DNA of 64,000 nt from a virus (lineage: Duplodnaviria > Heunggongvirae > Uroviricota > Caudoviricetes): positions 88,841 through 152,840 of the IMG/VR virus record IMGVR_UViG_2541047117_000001. One strand, given 5' to 3'. The notes below the pieces were generated by a model. That model saw nothing but the letters and a program-made list of their open reading frames with translations. It searched no databases and was not told the DNA's origin. Within the stretch, counting starts at the first letter, position 1; each line of letters starts with the position of its first letter. Both the position numbers and the translations under genes were made by a program. This document shows positions 57,001 to 64,000 of the stretch, in pieces.

Positions 57001-59173
57001 CGATAGATTGATGGGTGATTTATCTACTCAAGCAGGTATTCTTGAAGCCCATATGAATCGTGTCAAAGAGTTATCGGCTGAATACAGAACCCTTTTAATT
57101 CAAATTGCAGGAATCGAAGAGAAGAAACGTAAAGAATCAGAGAAACAATTACAAACACTTATCAGTAAAAACAGTCAACTTCAATATGAATTATCTACAC
57201 TTCAAAACATTAGTTCTCATACAGAACAGCAACGTGAAAGATATAACAAATTAGCTCAAGATTTAGATGGAAACATCAAACAAATCCAATCGTTGAGAGT
57301 TGAAATTGAGAATCTAAAGAACTCTGTAAGTGAAAAGATGAACGAATCAATTACGAATTACTTAGATGAGATTATCAATAAGTATGAAGAAGTTGTTAAG
57401 AAAATCGAACACTATAAAACAGGTAAATTGGATTTCCAAAAAGAGATTATCAACTTAACAGATGAAGACAAAATCGGTGAGATTGTTAACTTAAATGTTT
57501 ACAAAATGAACTGGTTAGAAACAATTAAAGGTCATTATGAAAATCTAAACGATGAGTTGCAAAAACAACTGAAATTAAATGAAGGTAACGTAGAAATTGT
57601 TGAAAAGCTAAACGAGCAAATCATGACAAATGAAAAAGCTTGGCGTGATGTTACAATCAGCATCCTTCAAACTCAAAAAGAGATTAAGGATATTCGTGCA
57701 AGCGTAGCTGACCAAGCAATTGAAGAGATGCGTAAGTATTATGAGAAAGCTAAAGAGATTGCTTTTAAAGCGATTGAAGAAGAGAAGAAAGCCCTTGAAA
57801 AAGCTCATAACCAAAAGTTGAAAAACTACGATGAGGAAATCGCTAAAATAACAAAGTTATACGATGACAAATTGAAACTAATGACAGGAGACAAAGAAGA
57901 GGAAGACTTCAACTCTAGTCTTGGGGCATTACAAAAAGAACGTTCAGAAATGTTAAAACATATTTCTCTGCTGTCTCTCGACGACTCATTAGATGCTAGA
58001 AAGAAAAAAGAACAATTACTACGAGAATTAGCTGAAAAAGAAACAGAAATTAACAACATGGTACGAGAGCGAGAGAGAGAATTAGCACAGAAAGCATTGG
58101 AAGACCAAAGAGATGCGGAAATTCAAGCCCTAGAAGACAGAAAACAACAAGAAGATGACGCTTACAATGACAAGGTTGAAAAACTTGATTTGGAAGCAGA
58201 AGAGATTGAGAAACATTATAACAAAATTCTAGATAACGAAAAGTACTGGGCTGACCTTCGTGATGAGTTCATCAAAGGGAATTTTGAAACAATTCGTAAA
58301 GAATTAGAAAAAATGAACGATACAATGAACGAAGTTATGGAAGGGAAATTCGGAGATATCTCGATTAAAATCGGTGAGTTCTCTGAGGAAGCAAGAAACA
58401 ATTTGGAGGAATTTAGTAAGTCGATTTCTGAGAATCTAATTTACACTATCGACAAAGCGATTGAGAAAGTGAATCAGCTTAATAATGCTAAAATTCATAA
58501 CCCATATGATGGCAAAGACAATGGTATTAGTGGAAGCAACATCGAGAAGCCAAAACCGATTGAAACAACAAAACCACCTGTAACAACAAAACCACAGCCA
58601 CCGCCTCCTCCACCGCCACCACCGCCACCACCACCAAAGCCACCGATGCCAACAAAAGGTAGAGTGGTTAAGGTTACTGACGATAGCTACTTGCATATCC
58701 GTAACAACCCAAATATGCAAGGGGAAATCATTCGTAGAATCTTGCAGGGTGCAAACCTTCAAATCTTAGGTGAAAGCGGAGATTGGTGGAAAGTTAGATT
58801 CTCTAACGCACGAGGAACAACAGAAGGATGGTCTCATAAAGATTACATCCAAGCGTTTGATACTGGTGGCTATACTGGTGATTGGGGAGGTAACGAAGGT
58901 AAAATGGCAATGCTTCATAAGAAGGAGTTAGTTCTTAACCAAGAGCAAACTGGTGACATTTTACGTAGTGCCGAAATCATGAAAGAAGTTAAACAATTTA
59001 TGCCACAAATCCCTGCTTTATTATCAGGTTTCAATGGCGGTACACCTGCTGTAGCAGGAGCTAGCAACTCATATGAGATTAACTTGTATGTAGATAAAAT
59101 GACAGGAGATAAAAAAGGTGGAGAAACAGTACTGAAAACAGTAGTTGGAGGATTAAAGAAACTTGGAAGATAG
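51056..59173 (+). CDS. Tail tape measure protein (2705 aa) with C-terminal polyproline linker and SH3b domain
   Basis: TP901-type core (ELDKAMTDLRRV...NNSIST...GNSLKTI), coiled coils, LHIRNNPN...WWKV...GWSHKDYI. Confidence 0.92.
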   Translation: MAGDLNIKVKATLDTKDLQSKLNSHKGLNAEVSKLKLDNEAWKNFKSSLEKKMVSIKAKLKLDGESWNTFKGSIEKKHVTLAVKTKLDQDSFKRLSDSIANKSVKVKVESDKAQAEKVGKNAGKTIGEEVNKSVKSSLSRTFKDADFGEDQLKKKAQNLSRMVDRDFFKNAKVGYTFDKDAEGNLKRITVAGEKADGTMKKLTFAVDSFYKKLKGEDQLRHTVSLINDKDIDKSEKALKRLEQSVIEFKRQLRASGDTGLIKEVEKLQQLGKLDKDSLQTLKNKQALYQESRQKLEQMHTVQNKMLGLQQKLNIAQEKGTLSREKELEFTKRLQAIGGLDNNDKKLKSLTRVNQEIQREIELQRELNRQRTASIAEQKKEEAFLRRKIQLEQQVQQLRAKASTESYSTDKYLQHLSRLQGITTSKQVQELDKLDRELLKVSKSLQTVNTSIGQTNKFETLSRRLEALAPKLKNVDQEFTRMSHSISNSMKTDRSVENLKRLESELGRLEQKVNSAVKSLKAGETINVGDKINFGSFKNNVQSFERDVQNLSRTMHGAKANIVSMSNEIGRDGQQMSKFKVRIDDGKKSVQEFAYVLNHASRELTRMGSELRNNANKNLGVLEQLKIALERVPVWFASTTLFYGSVQGIKTLTKEIVELDKAMTDLRRVASDGVDTNALFEGGIKMASELGNSAKDVLNTISEISRSYDQLSEQQQISLARTATIASNVSDLKADDAMKSLIATLNGYNFEVEKSIDLVDKMNEVDNNNSISTQQLSEAMMKASATAKTFGVDIDSLLGHVTAIGATTMESGKQIGNSLKTIYSRVTTLPDVETALKGVGVSIRTAGGDARKVESVFGDLAGKWKYMTDMERQNIAVKVAGRNHLTRFLALMNNWDLAIKATNDSLNSQGSAMRENAEYQKSLEARINRLKNSLSEMALAFGDAFLSGGFMLALDLTQSLMQGVSALAQNFGILGVVLGAVGAGLVAYKMKANYGDQATSQLVQRGEKAVGTFGRMAKAIHGIPKLDNKFTGFNYRAIEQATTRMERFEATQGRARQATVQLADAQTKLGQAINAQATKKLDRYYEQSAQQMMKYHDAIQKVKQAKVENGKAGMLDVAKMNMANVALATTTAKINGVAMATNIATKGIGLMKAGFMGLVGFMSTAILPTLAFMALGIAIEKTINYFAKMKKEQEEFNKRVEEASDAIGNHGSELEDLVEDYDLLSRSRKEALSPKDAKKLEETQNKINKLLPTATKEIDAQGNARLKSVEAVKEELTLAKALAQEEKKISLERAQQKQKKSNEKLSDVLGDYNKKKKDYNYKKEGKVIGSGMGATVKKDTLEIAEANMKLFESEKKVKEAFKQSGTAILGVTKEQVKLSNERDRAKKKNSDQTNSIRDLTAEDEKLIQKMIQSKNASADWTKEGFKLEEHTEKVTKEATSYGQALTRLPPVLRNSFTASQTASKGFDKQAEATRGVQRELKDYVGGLVDSGQKFSMNSDKAKELTKQLEGQGISSNKAKAMVQNLADAVAKQAKEAKNGAKDNKDLADSIEDVDKKSSDLAGTLEAITGLSADQVKSTEELIASSDRLGQMTSRNEKQEAQYKQVREELAKQFPDLVTGYNSQTGAVELNMSAIREEQGLQKEYAGLYEKNISDLSESEKARMREIEAIFNKNNASREEVLQQDAYIRKTDEEIGKRRDALATFEDANAKLVSGKQLDKSETEALEDAINVLGDAYGDCVVDGKLQADQVQENINKDQEMLETVTITSNGMVVKSGEYTQKHGEGVKQRVDANKKNQESEQELGDKTKEVMDNMKKDAENGSKGVQDGAKNAGDAMKKAGQEGQEGASMAQKAWETFSGVFKGIYNSAVEKWNDWTGKKNEMQSAPAPRMASVESPVYYSFASAPTSLSGMEIMPKFYAMPPMSPMSVSAVQPVSVRSSFDVDHSYDDWKDSQTLYGEYETPPMLAYSRTSESMQEAFKPDLFDRLMGDLSTQAGILEAHMNRVKELSAEYRTLLIQIAGIEEKKRKESEKQLQTLISKNSQLQYELSTLQNISSHTEQQRERYNKLAQDLDGNIKQIQSLRVEIENLKNSVSEKMNESITNYLDEIINKYEEVVKKIEHYKTGKLDFQKEIINLTDEDKIGEIVNLNVYKMNWLETIKGHYENLNDELQKQLKLNEGNVEIVEKLNEQIMTNEKAWRDVTISILQTQKEIKDIRASVADQAIEEMRKYYEKAKEIAFKAIEEEKKALEKAHNQKLKNYDEEIAKITKLYDDKLKLMTGDKEEEDFNSSLGALQKERSEMLKHISLLSLDDSLDARKKKEQLLRELAEKETEINNMVRERERELAQKALEDQRDAEIQALEDRKQQEDDAYNDKVEKLDLEAEEIEKHYNKILDNEKYWADLRDEFIKGNFETIRKELEKMNDTMNEVMEGKFGDISIKIGEFSEEARNNLEEFSKSISENLIYTIDKAIEKVNQLNNAKIHNPYDGKDNGISGSNIEKPKPIETTKPPVTTKPQPPPPPPPPPPPPPKPPMPTKGRVVKVTDDSYLHIRNNPNMQGEIIRRILQGANLQILGESGDWWKVRFSNARGTTEGWSHKDYIQAFDTGGYTGDWGGNEGKMAMLHKKELVLNQEQTGDILRSAEIMKEVKQFMPQIPALLSGFNGGTPAVAGASNSYEINLYVDKMTGDKKGGETVLKTVVGGLKKLGR

Positions 59174-59241
59174 GGAAACCTATCTTCTTTGTTTTTCTCT
59201 TTTTTACAAGTGAAATAAATAATGAATTGAGAGGTGAAAAG

Positions 59242-60018
59242 ATGGCAACTAAAAAGGAGAGTCTTTATTTTAATTACGCAGGACAATGGTCTTCTGAATT
59301 TGGAATTGTGAATATCAACATGAGTGATGGTATGTATCAAGAACAATTCGTAGCTAATAGAAGTATTGTAGAACAAAAAGTAAAAGGGAATCCAAATCCT
59401 TATCTATTCAGAGTCGATGAAGAACCGCTTGAGTTTGAATTAACATTCGCTTTTGAGGAGACTTACGATGAGAAGAAGATGAGAGAAGTAATCCAATGGT
59501 TGTATCAAGATTATTATCAGCCGTTATACTTCTCTGAGGAGTTTGACAAGATTTATTACTGTATGCCTGTAAACGACTCAAACATCATTCACAACGGGTT
59601 AAAAGAAGGGTATGTCACGCTGAAAATGCGATGTAATTCACCATACTTATACAGTCCGATGTACATGACCGACGTCTATGATTTAAGTGAGAGTAAAGGG
59701 AAAACTAAAGTAGTCCTTCGTAATACAGGAGATGTAACGACAATGCCCGAAATTTCACTTACCAAAATTGGAGATGGAAAAGTTACTTTTATAAACCACA
59801 GTGACCACGGACGTATCTTTGAATTAATCAATCTCAAAGATAAAGAAGATATTTATGTGAACTGTGAAAAAGAATTGATAGAGACAAGCCATATGGGTGT
59901 GTATAGATATGACAGTATGATTGGTGATATCCCTGCACTTTTATATGGAGATAATCATTTCGAAATCGAAGGTAATTGTAAGGTTCGATTTAGGTATCAA
60001 AATAAATTCAGATTCTAA
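59242..60018 (+). CDS. Distal tail protein (Dit)
   Basis: Follows the tape measure gene; FNYAGQWSSEFG...RCNSPYLYS. Confidence 0.85.
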   Translation: MATKKESLYFNYAGQWSSEFGIVNINMSDGMYQEQFVANRSIVEQKVKGNPNPYLFRVDEEPLEFELTFAFEETYDEKKMREVIQWLYQDYYQPLYFSEEFDKIYYCMPVNDSNIIHNGLKEGYVTLKMRCNSPYLYSPMYMTDVYDLSESKGKTKVVLRNTGDVTTMPEISLTKIGDGKVTFINHSDHGRIFELINLKDKEDIYVNCEKELIETSHMGVYRYDSMIGDIPALLYGDNHFEIEGNCKVRFRYQNKFRF

Positions 60019-60036
60019 TGAAAGGAAGGTGAGAGT

Positions 60037-61317
60037 ATGCCGAAATTTGCTCATGAGGGTAATATCCCCGAAGGTTCACCGTTGCATTATATTAAGCGTA
60101 AAGGTGATTCGAGTGACCCATATTTAGATATTACAGAGATGATAGTAGTTCAAAATGGACGTGCGCCACTTAAAGAAGTTCCCGATAGAATGAACAGAGT
60201 TGTAGTTAGTGATGCAAAAGATGTTCTTTGGAATGAAGTTAAGACTAAGAATGAAATCAAGAATGCTACTGATTATAGCGTTGATTATCGTGACGGTGTA
60301 GTTTATTTCCATGAATCTGCTCATGGTAAGAGATTGAAATTTAAGTTTATGGGTACTGGGGTTTTCTTAATGCCTATGAGTCGTATTTGGACTGAGTACG
60401 AAGGTGGTAAACCTACTGATACATTGAAGACACTGGTTGATGAGACCTATTCAATGTTAGACAGAGGGAATAAGAAAATCACAGAAACAGAGAGTGCTAG
60501 ACAAGAGTCTATTAAAACTACAAACAATGCCAATGCGAAAATCACTGATATTGAAAACCGTACTAAGGCTAGTGAAAAGAAAATCACAGATAAGATTGTA
60601 GAAGTTGAAAATAGAACAGTAGCTAGTGAAAAGAAAATGAATGACAAAATCGCAGATGTTGATACAAAAACCAATGCTGTGATTACCAAGTCTGATACAT
60701 TTGTTAACACTAAAAAAGCTGAGTATGAAAAGTATGTAGCAACTAAACAAGCCGAATATGAAAAATATAAAACAGATAAGAATGCTGAAATAGACACGAA
60801 ATTCGCCAATAAGTCTAGTGAAATAGATACAAGGGTTAATAATAAAATTACAGAAGTTGACAATAAAACGAATGCAAAAATAACTGAGGTAAATACAACG
60901 CTTACGAAAAAGGTCGGAGAGTTCGATGCGAAAGTTAAAGAGGTGGATACGAAAGTAAACGCTAAAGTGCTTGAGGCTACGAACAAAATTGCAGAGACCG
61001 AAAAGGCTAGAGCCGATGCTGTAACTGCTACTAATAATGCAAATACAGCAACTAAGAACGCAAATGACCAAGCAACTTATGCTAAACAGCAAGGCGATTA
61101 TGCTAAAGCACAGGGAGACTATGCTAAAGCTCAAGGTGCAAATGCCAAAACACAAGCCGACTATGCGAAAGGTCAGGGTGATTATGCTAAGAAGCAAGGT
61201 GAAAATGCTCTTGGTATTCAAAAAGAATATTTAGCCAAAGAAGGATTCAATATTGTTGTTTCTGCTACAGAGCCGAAGACAGACAATTTGAATACGTTTT
61301 GGTTTCAAGAAGGTTAA
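60037..61317 (+). CDS. Tail/baseplate-associated coiled-coil protein with AKxQGDY heptad repeats
   Basis: YAKQQGDYAKAQGDYAKAQGANAKTQADYAKGQGDYAKKQG. Confidence 0.75.
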   Translation: MPKFAHEGNIPEGSPLHYIKRKGDSSDPYLDITEMIVVQNGRAPLKEVPDRMNRVVVSDAKDVLWNEVKTKNEIKNATDYSVDYRDGVVYFHESAHGKRLKFKFMGTGVFLMPMSRIWTEYEGGKPTDTLKTLVDETYSMLDRGNKKITETESARQESIKTTNNANAKITDIENRTKASEKKITDKIVEVENRTVASEKKMNDKIADVDTKTNAVITKSDTFVNTKKAEYEKYVATKQAEYEKYKTDKNAEIDTKFANKSSEIDTRVNNKITEVDNKTNAKITEVNTTLTKKVGEFDAKVKEVDTKVNAKVLEATNKIAETEKARADAVTATNNANTATKNANDQATYAKQQGDYAKAQGDYAKAQGANAKTQADYAKGQGDYAKKQGENALGIQKEYLAKEGFNIVVSATEPKTDNLNTFWFQEG

Positions 61318-61369
61318 GGTGTGAGACTATTGTTTCACGCCTATTTTAATAGGAATGGAAGGTGTAAAA

Positions 61370-64000
61370 ATGGCTGAGAAAAATATTACGATGAAGCGTA
61401 AGACAGCTCAAGGGTGGGATGTTTATTACCCTAAAACTAAAGGTGGAAACATCATTCAAGATGGTAATAATAGATTAGTAACTGATGAAGAAAAGAAAGT
61501 GTGGAATGACACTCTAACTAAAGCAAATAAGTACACAGATGAACGAATCGAATCAATGTATCGAATTGATTTAACGAAGTTAGACCCAAAGAAAGCATAT
61601 CCTGTTTCTTTTGATGGATATACAGAAGTGTTAATTCGAAGAAAGGCACATCAAGACGGTGATAAGAATCCTAATTTATCACTTTACTTACATACGATGC
61701 CTAGCAACTGGGGAGGAGACGCCCCTTTCTACGAGGTTATTCACAGACACACATATGCGCCTGAGAAGATTCTAGTAAAGAAAATCTTCGCAAATATGGA
61801 GAGTAGCCTTACTCATGTGTATTTAGCAGGTGGATATACATATGACATCGTGAATCTATTGAAGCATGGTAAAAAAGCAGTTGTTCAAGAGAAAGATTTC
61901 ACAGACCCAAGAGGGAATAAAGTTGTTCCAGTAGAGAATCTTGATTCTGCTATGGCGCAAGGTCACTTCCGTGAGACTACTGAGTGCAATATTACGAAAG
62001 ATACTTCACCTGAAGCTTTACTTACTAAAAAGGAAAAAGACGAATTTGATAAGATAAAGCAAAAACATAAAGTAACAGAAGACAACGGTACAGCAATTGG
62101 TCTAAATGCTAAAACGGATTTAAACACAGTTTTAGATACAGGGTTTTATCGAGGAAATCAACTTGTTAATGCTCCAACATCGGATGCATGGCACTATTTG
62201 ATGGTAACAAAACACACAGAATCGTATGTGATGCAAGTAGCATCTGTTTTAGATAGTGGTTTTAACAAAGATAAAAACACATTATTTATTCGTCATATGA
62301 TTAATAAGGTGTGGACTACATGGAGAGCTGTGTCTCTACGTGAAGACTGGGGATTATGGAGTACAAATGGTGGACAAGATTTACTGGTTCATGACAAAAG
62401 AGCGTTAGTAGGATTTAATTCAAATGGCGAGGATAAATTACATATCAACTATGGTAATGATTTTAAGAATGGAGTAAATGTCCAAGGTAGATTAACGATT
62501 GATGGAAATGACGTAATCCACAAAGGATGGAATGTCATGAGAGATAGTTCGACAACTGTTACTCTACAACAAGACTGGAACGCTGTTACTGAATCAGGGC
62601 TATATCTTGTTTCGGATGGGACAGGAGCTAAACATGCTAGTACACCACCTAATTGTTACCCATATGGCGTTTTAGAAGTTTATCGAAGTGGAAGTAACCA
62701 AGCATTATTCCAACGCTATACTTCACATCAAAATTCTCAAGTCTTCGTTCGCTCTGCATGGGCAAAAGCTTCATGGTCAGCATGGAGACGATTAGCAGAT
62801 GAGGATGCTGTTAATACAAGACTTCCACTTACTGGCGGTACTGTGACTGGTGATATCACTTCAAAAGGGAGAGATTATATAGTACAAGCTCCTAGTGTAG
62901 AAGGTGGATGGGCTAGAGGTTTACGTTTCTACAATACAGATGGGAAGACTGATTTTGGAGGCGTTGGATTGTATGGTTCGGGCGCAAACTCAGACTACTT
63001 GTATATGTCTGCTACATCCTCTCCTTGGAGTATTGATAAAGGTCTCTTTGTTTACAAAGACGGTACAATAAAAGCCAAAGGAAACTTGACATTCAATGAT
63101 AAGAAAGTAGCAACAGTGGACGATGTGGTTACAGGAGATGCCAAGCAAGTTTCTAAGACTGGTGACACAATGAGTGGTAATTTAAACTTTGATAAAACTC
63201 TAAACGGTATTACATGGAATATGAATACTGACTATGCCAAAGTTTACTTCAAGAATGATAGTGATGCTGACACAAACAGTTACTTAGCTTTTGAGACTGG
63301 CGACAATGGAAATGAACATTTCAAATGGTTGACTAAAAATAGTACAACTACTAGTGAGATGATGACACTAAACCAAGATGGTCTAAAAGTAAAAGGCAAA
63401 GCTGTTGCTATTAATGAAGAAGTAGATGCAAAGCTAAATAAAAAGCTAAACAAAACAAGTGATACTACTGATGACCTTCACATGATTAACCCAAAAGTCG
63501 TAGCAGGTTCGTCAGACCACGGATATCTCTCTTTCTTCCCTAGAACAAAAGAACCAACAAAGCGTGGAGCTTATATGGGATTTGGAGGAGCAGGTTCAGA
63601 CCTAATGACAATCAACAATGAAACAGGCGGAGATTTAAACCTTGTTGGTAAGAAGGTTCTTGTTAACAGTAAAGAAATTGCTATGAAAGATGAAGTTTCA
63701 TCACTTGTTGCAGGTATTGGTCAGAAACACAAACTAACACAAGATGATGGAAGACCTATTTCAGTAAGTGACCAAAGTTTCAATAGTCTTCAAGCAGGTG
63801 GATATTACATGGGTGCTGAAATGAAAGATGCACCACTGCCAAATACAAGTAATTGGTGGTTCATCGAAATCATGCGTCATGGGGATGGATGGGTTCATCA
63901 ACGTGCTACATGGTTCAATACTACTACAGTAGAAACATATGAACGTCAGATGTACAATAAAGCATGGCAAAACTGGAAGAAGACAGTTACACCGCACGGT
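61370..64000 (+). CDS. Tail fibre / receptor-binding protein with pyocin-knob-like repeats (runs off the window edge)
   Basis: Not in track. MAEKNITMKRKTAQGWDVYYPKT...; DLNTVLDTGFY, DWNAVTESGLY and FNSLQAGGYY knob motifs. Confidence 0.85.
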   Translation, partial: MAEKNITMKRKTAQGWDVYYPKTKGGNIIQDGNNRLVTDEEKKVWNDTLTKANKYTDERIESMYRIDLTKLDPKKAYPVSFDGYTEVLIRRKAHQDGDKNPNLSLYLHTMPSNWGGDAPFYEVIHRHTYAPEKILVKKIFANMESSLTHVYLAGGYTYDIVNLLKHGKKAVVQEKDFTDPRGNKVVPVENLDSAMAQGHFRETTECNITKDTSPEALLTKKEKDEFDKIKQKHKVTEDNGTAIGLNAKTDLNTVLDTGFYRGNQLVNAPTSDAWHYLMVTKHTESYVMQVASVLDSGFNKDKNTLFIRHMINKVWTTWRAVSLREDWGLWSTNGGQDLLVHDKRALVGFNSNGEDKLHINYGNDFKNGVNVQGRLTIDGNDVIHKGWNVMRDSSTTVTLQQDWNAVTESGLYLVSDGTGAKHASTPPNCYPYGVLEVYRSGSNQALFQRYTSHQNSQVFVRSAWAKASWSAWRRLADEDAVNTRLPLTGGTVTGDITSKGRDYIVQAPSVEGGWARGLRFYNTDGKTDFGGVGLYGSGANSDYLYMSATSSPWSIDKGLFVYKDGTIKAKGNLTFNDKKVATVDDVVTGDAKQVSKTGDTMSGNLNFDKTLNGITWNMNTDYAKVYFKNDSDADTNSYLAFETGDNGNEHFKWLTKNSTTTSEMMTLNQDGLKVKGKAVAINEEVDAKLNKKLNKTSDTTDDLHMINPKVVAGSSDHGYLSFFPRTKEPTKRGAYMGFGGAGSDLMTINNETGGDLNLVGKKVLVNSKEIAMKDEVSSLVAGIGQKHKLTQDDGRPISVSDQSFNSLQAGGYYMGAEMKDAPLPNTSNWWFIEIMRHGDGWVHQRATWFNTTTVETYERQMYNKAWQNWKKTVTPHG

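Noticed and set aside
51127-61234. Many short antisense or alternate-frame ORFs inside the tape measure and tail genes
   Set aside because: Shadows of long coding frames with biased codons

Overview
64 kb of a large AT-rich temperate Bacillus siphophage genome. The morphogenesis module is SPbeta-related and the overall layout recalls Tsamsa/PBC2-type phages; that assignment is from recognition, not a database search. Layout: (1) 1-15 kb, minus-strand arm of mostly small hypothetical genes, including a ParM-like actin, a yonT/SR6/yoyJ-like type I toxin-antitoxin locus and an ADP-ribosyltransferase-like + HD fusion. (2) Two long non-coding blocks (about 15.0-16.8 and 22.8-24.3 kb) flank a plus-strand cassette of small genes. 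Most of these genes sit behind a sigmaA promoter overlapped by an 18-bp palindromic operator, and the cassette holds two hammerhead ribozymes. (3) 24-32 kb: a Rep-like HTH gene with an adjacent inverted-repeat/AT-rich origin candidate, a tyrosine recombinase, RecD2 helicase and HU. (4) 32-35.3 kb: an RNA island with 13 tRNAs, 2 aberrant tRNAs, a tRNA minihelix, a GOLLD-like giant RNA, a series of H-type pseudoknots in the tRNA spacers, and a UAG-repeat hairpin that overlaps tRNA-His. (5) 35.4-64 kb: terminase, portal, capsid, tail, a 2705-aa tape measure, Dit and tail fibre genes. The most notable candidates are the UAG-repeat (HutP/TRAP-like) hairpin on tRNA-His, the pseudoknot series, the two hammerheads and the plasmid-like replicon parts. 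All RNA structures were derived by manual base-pairing.
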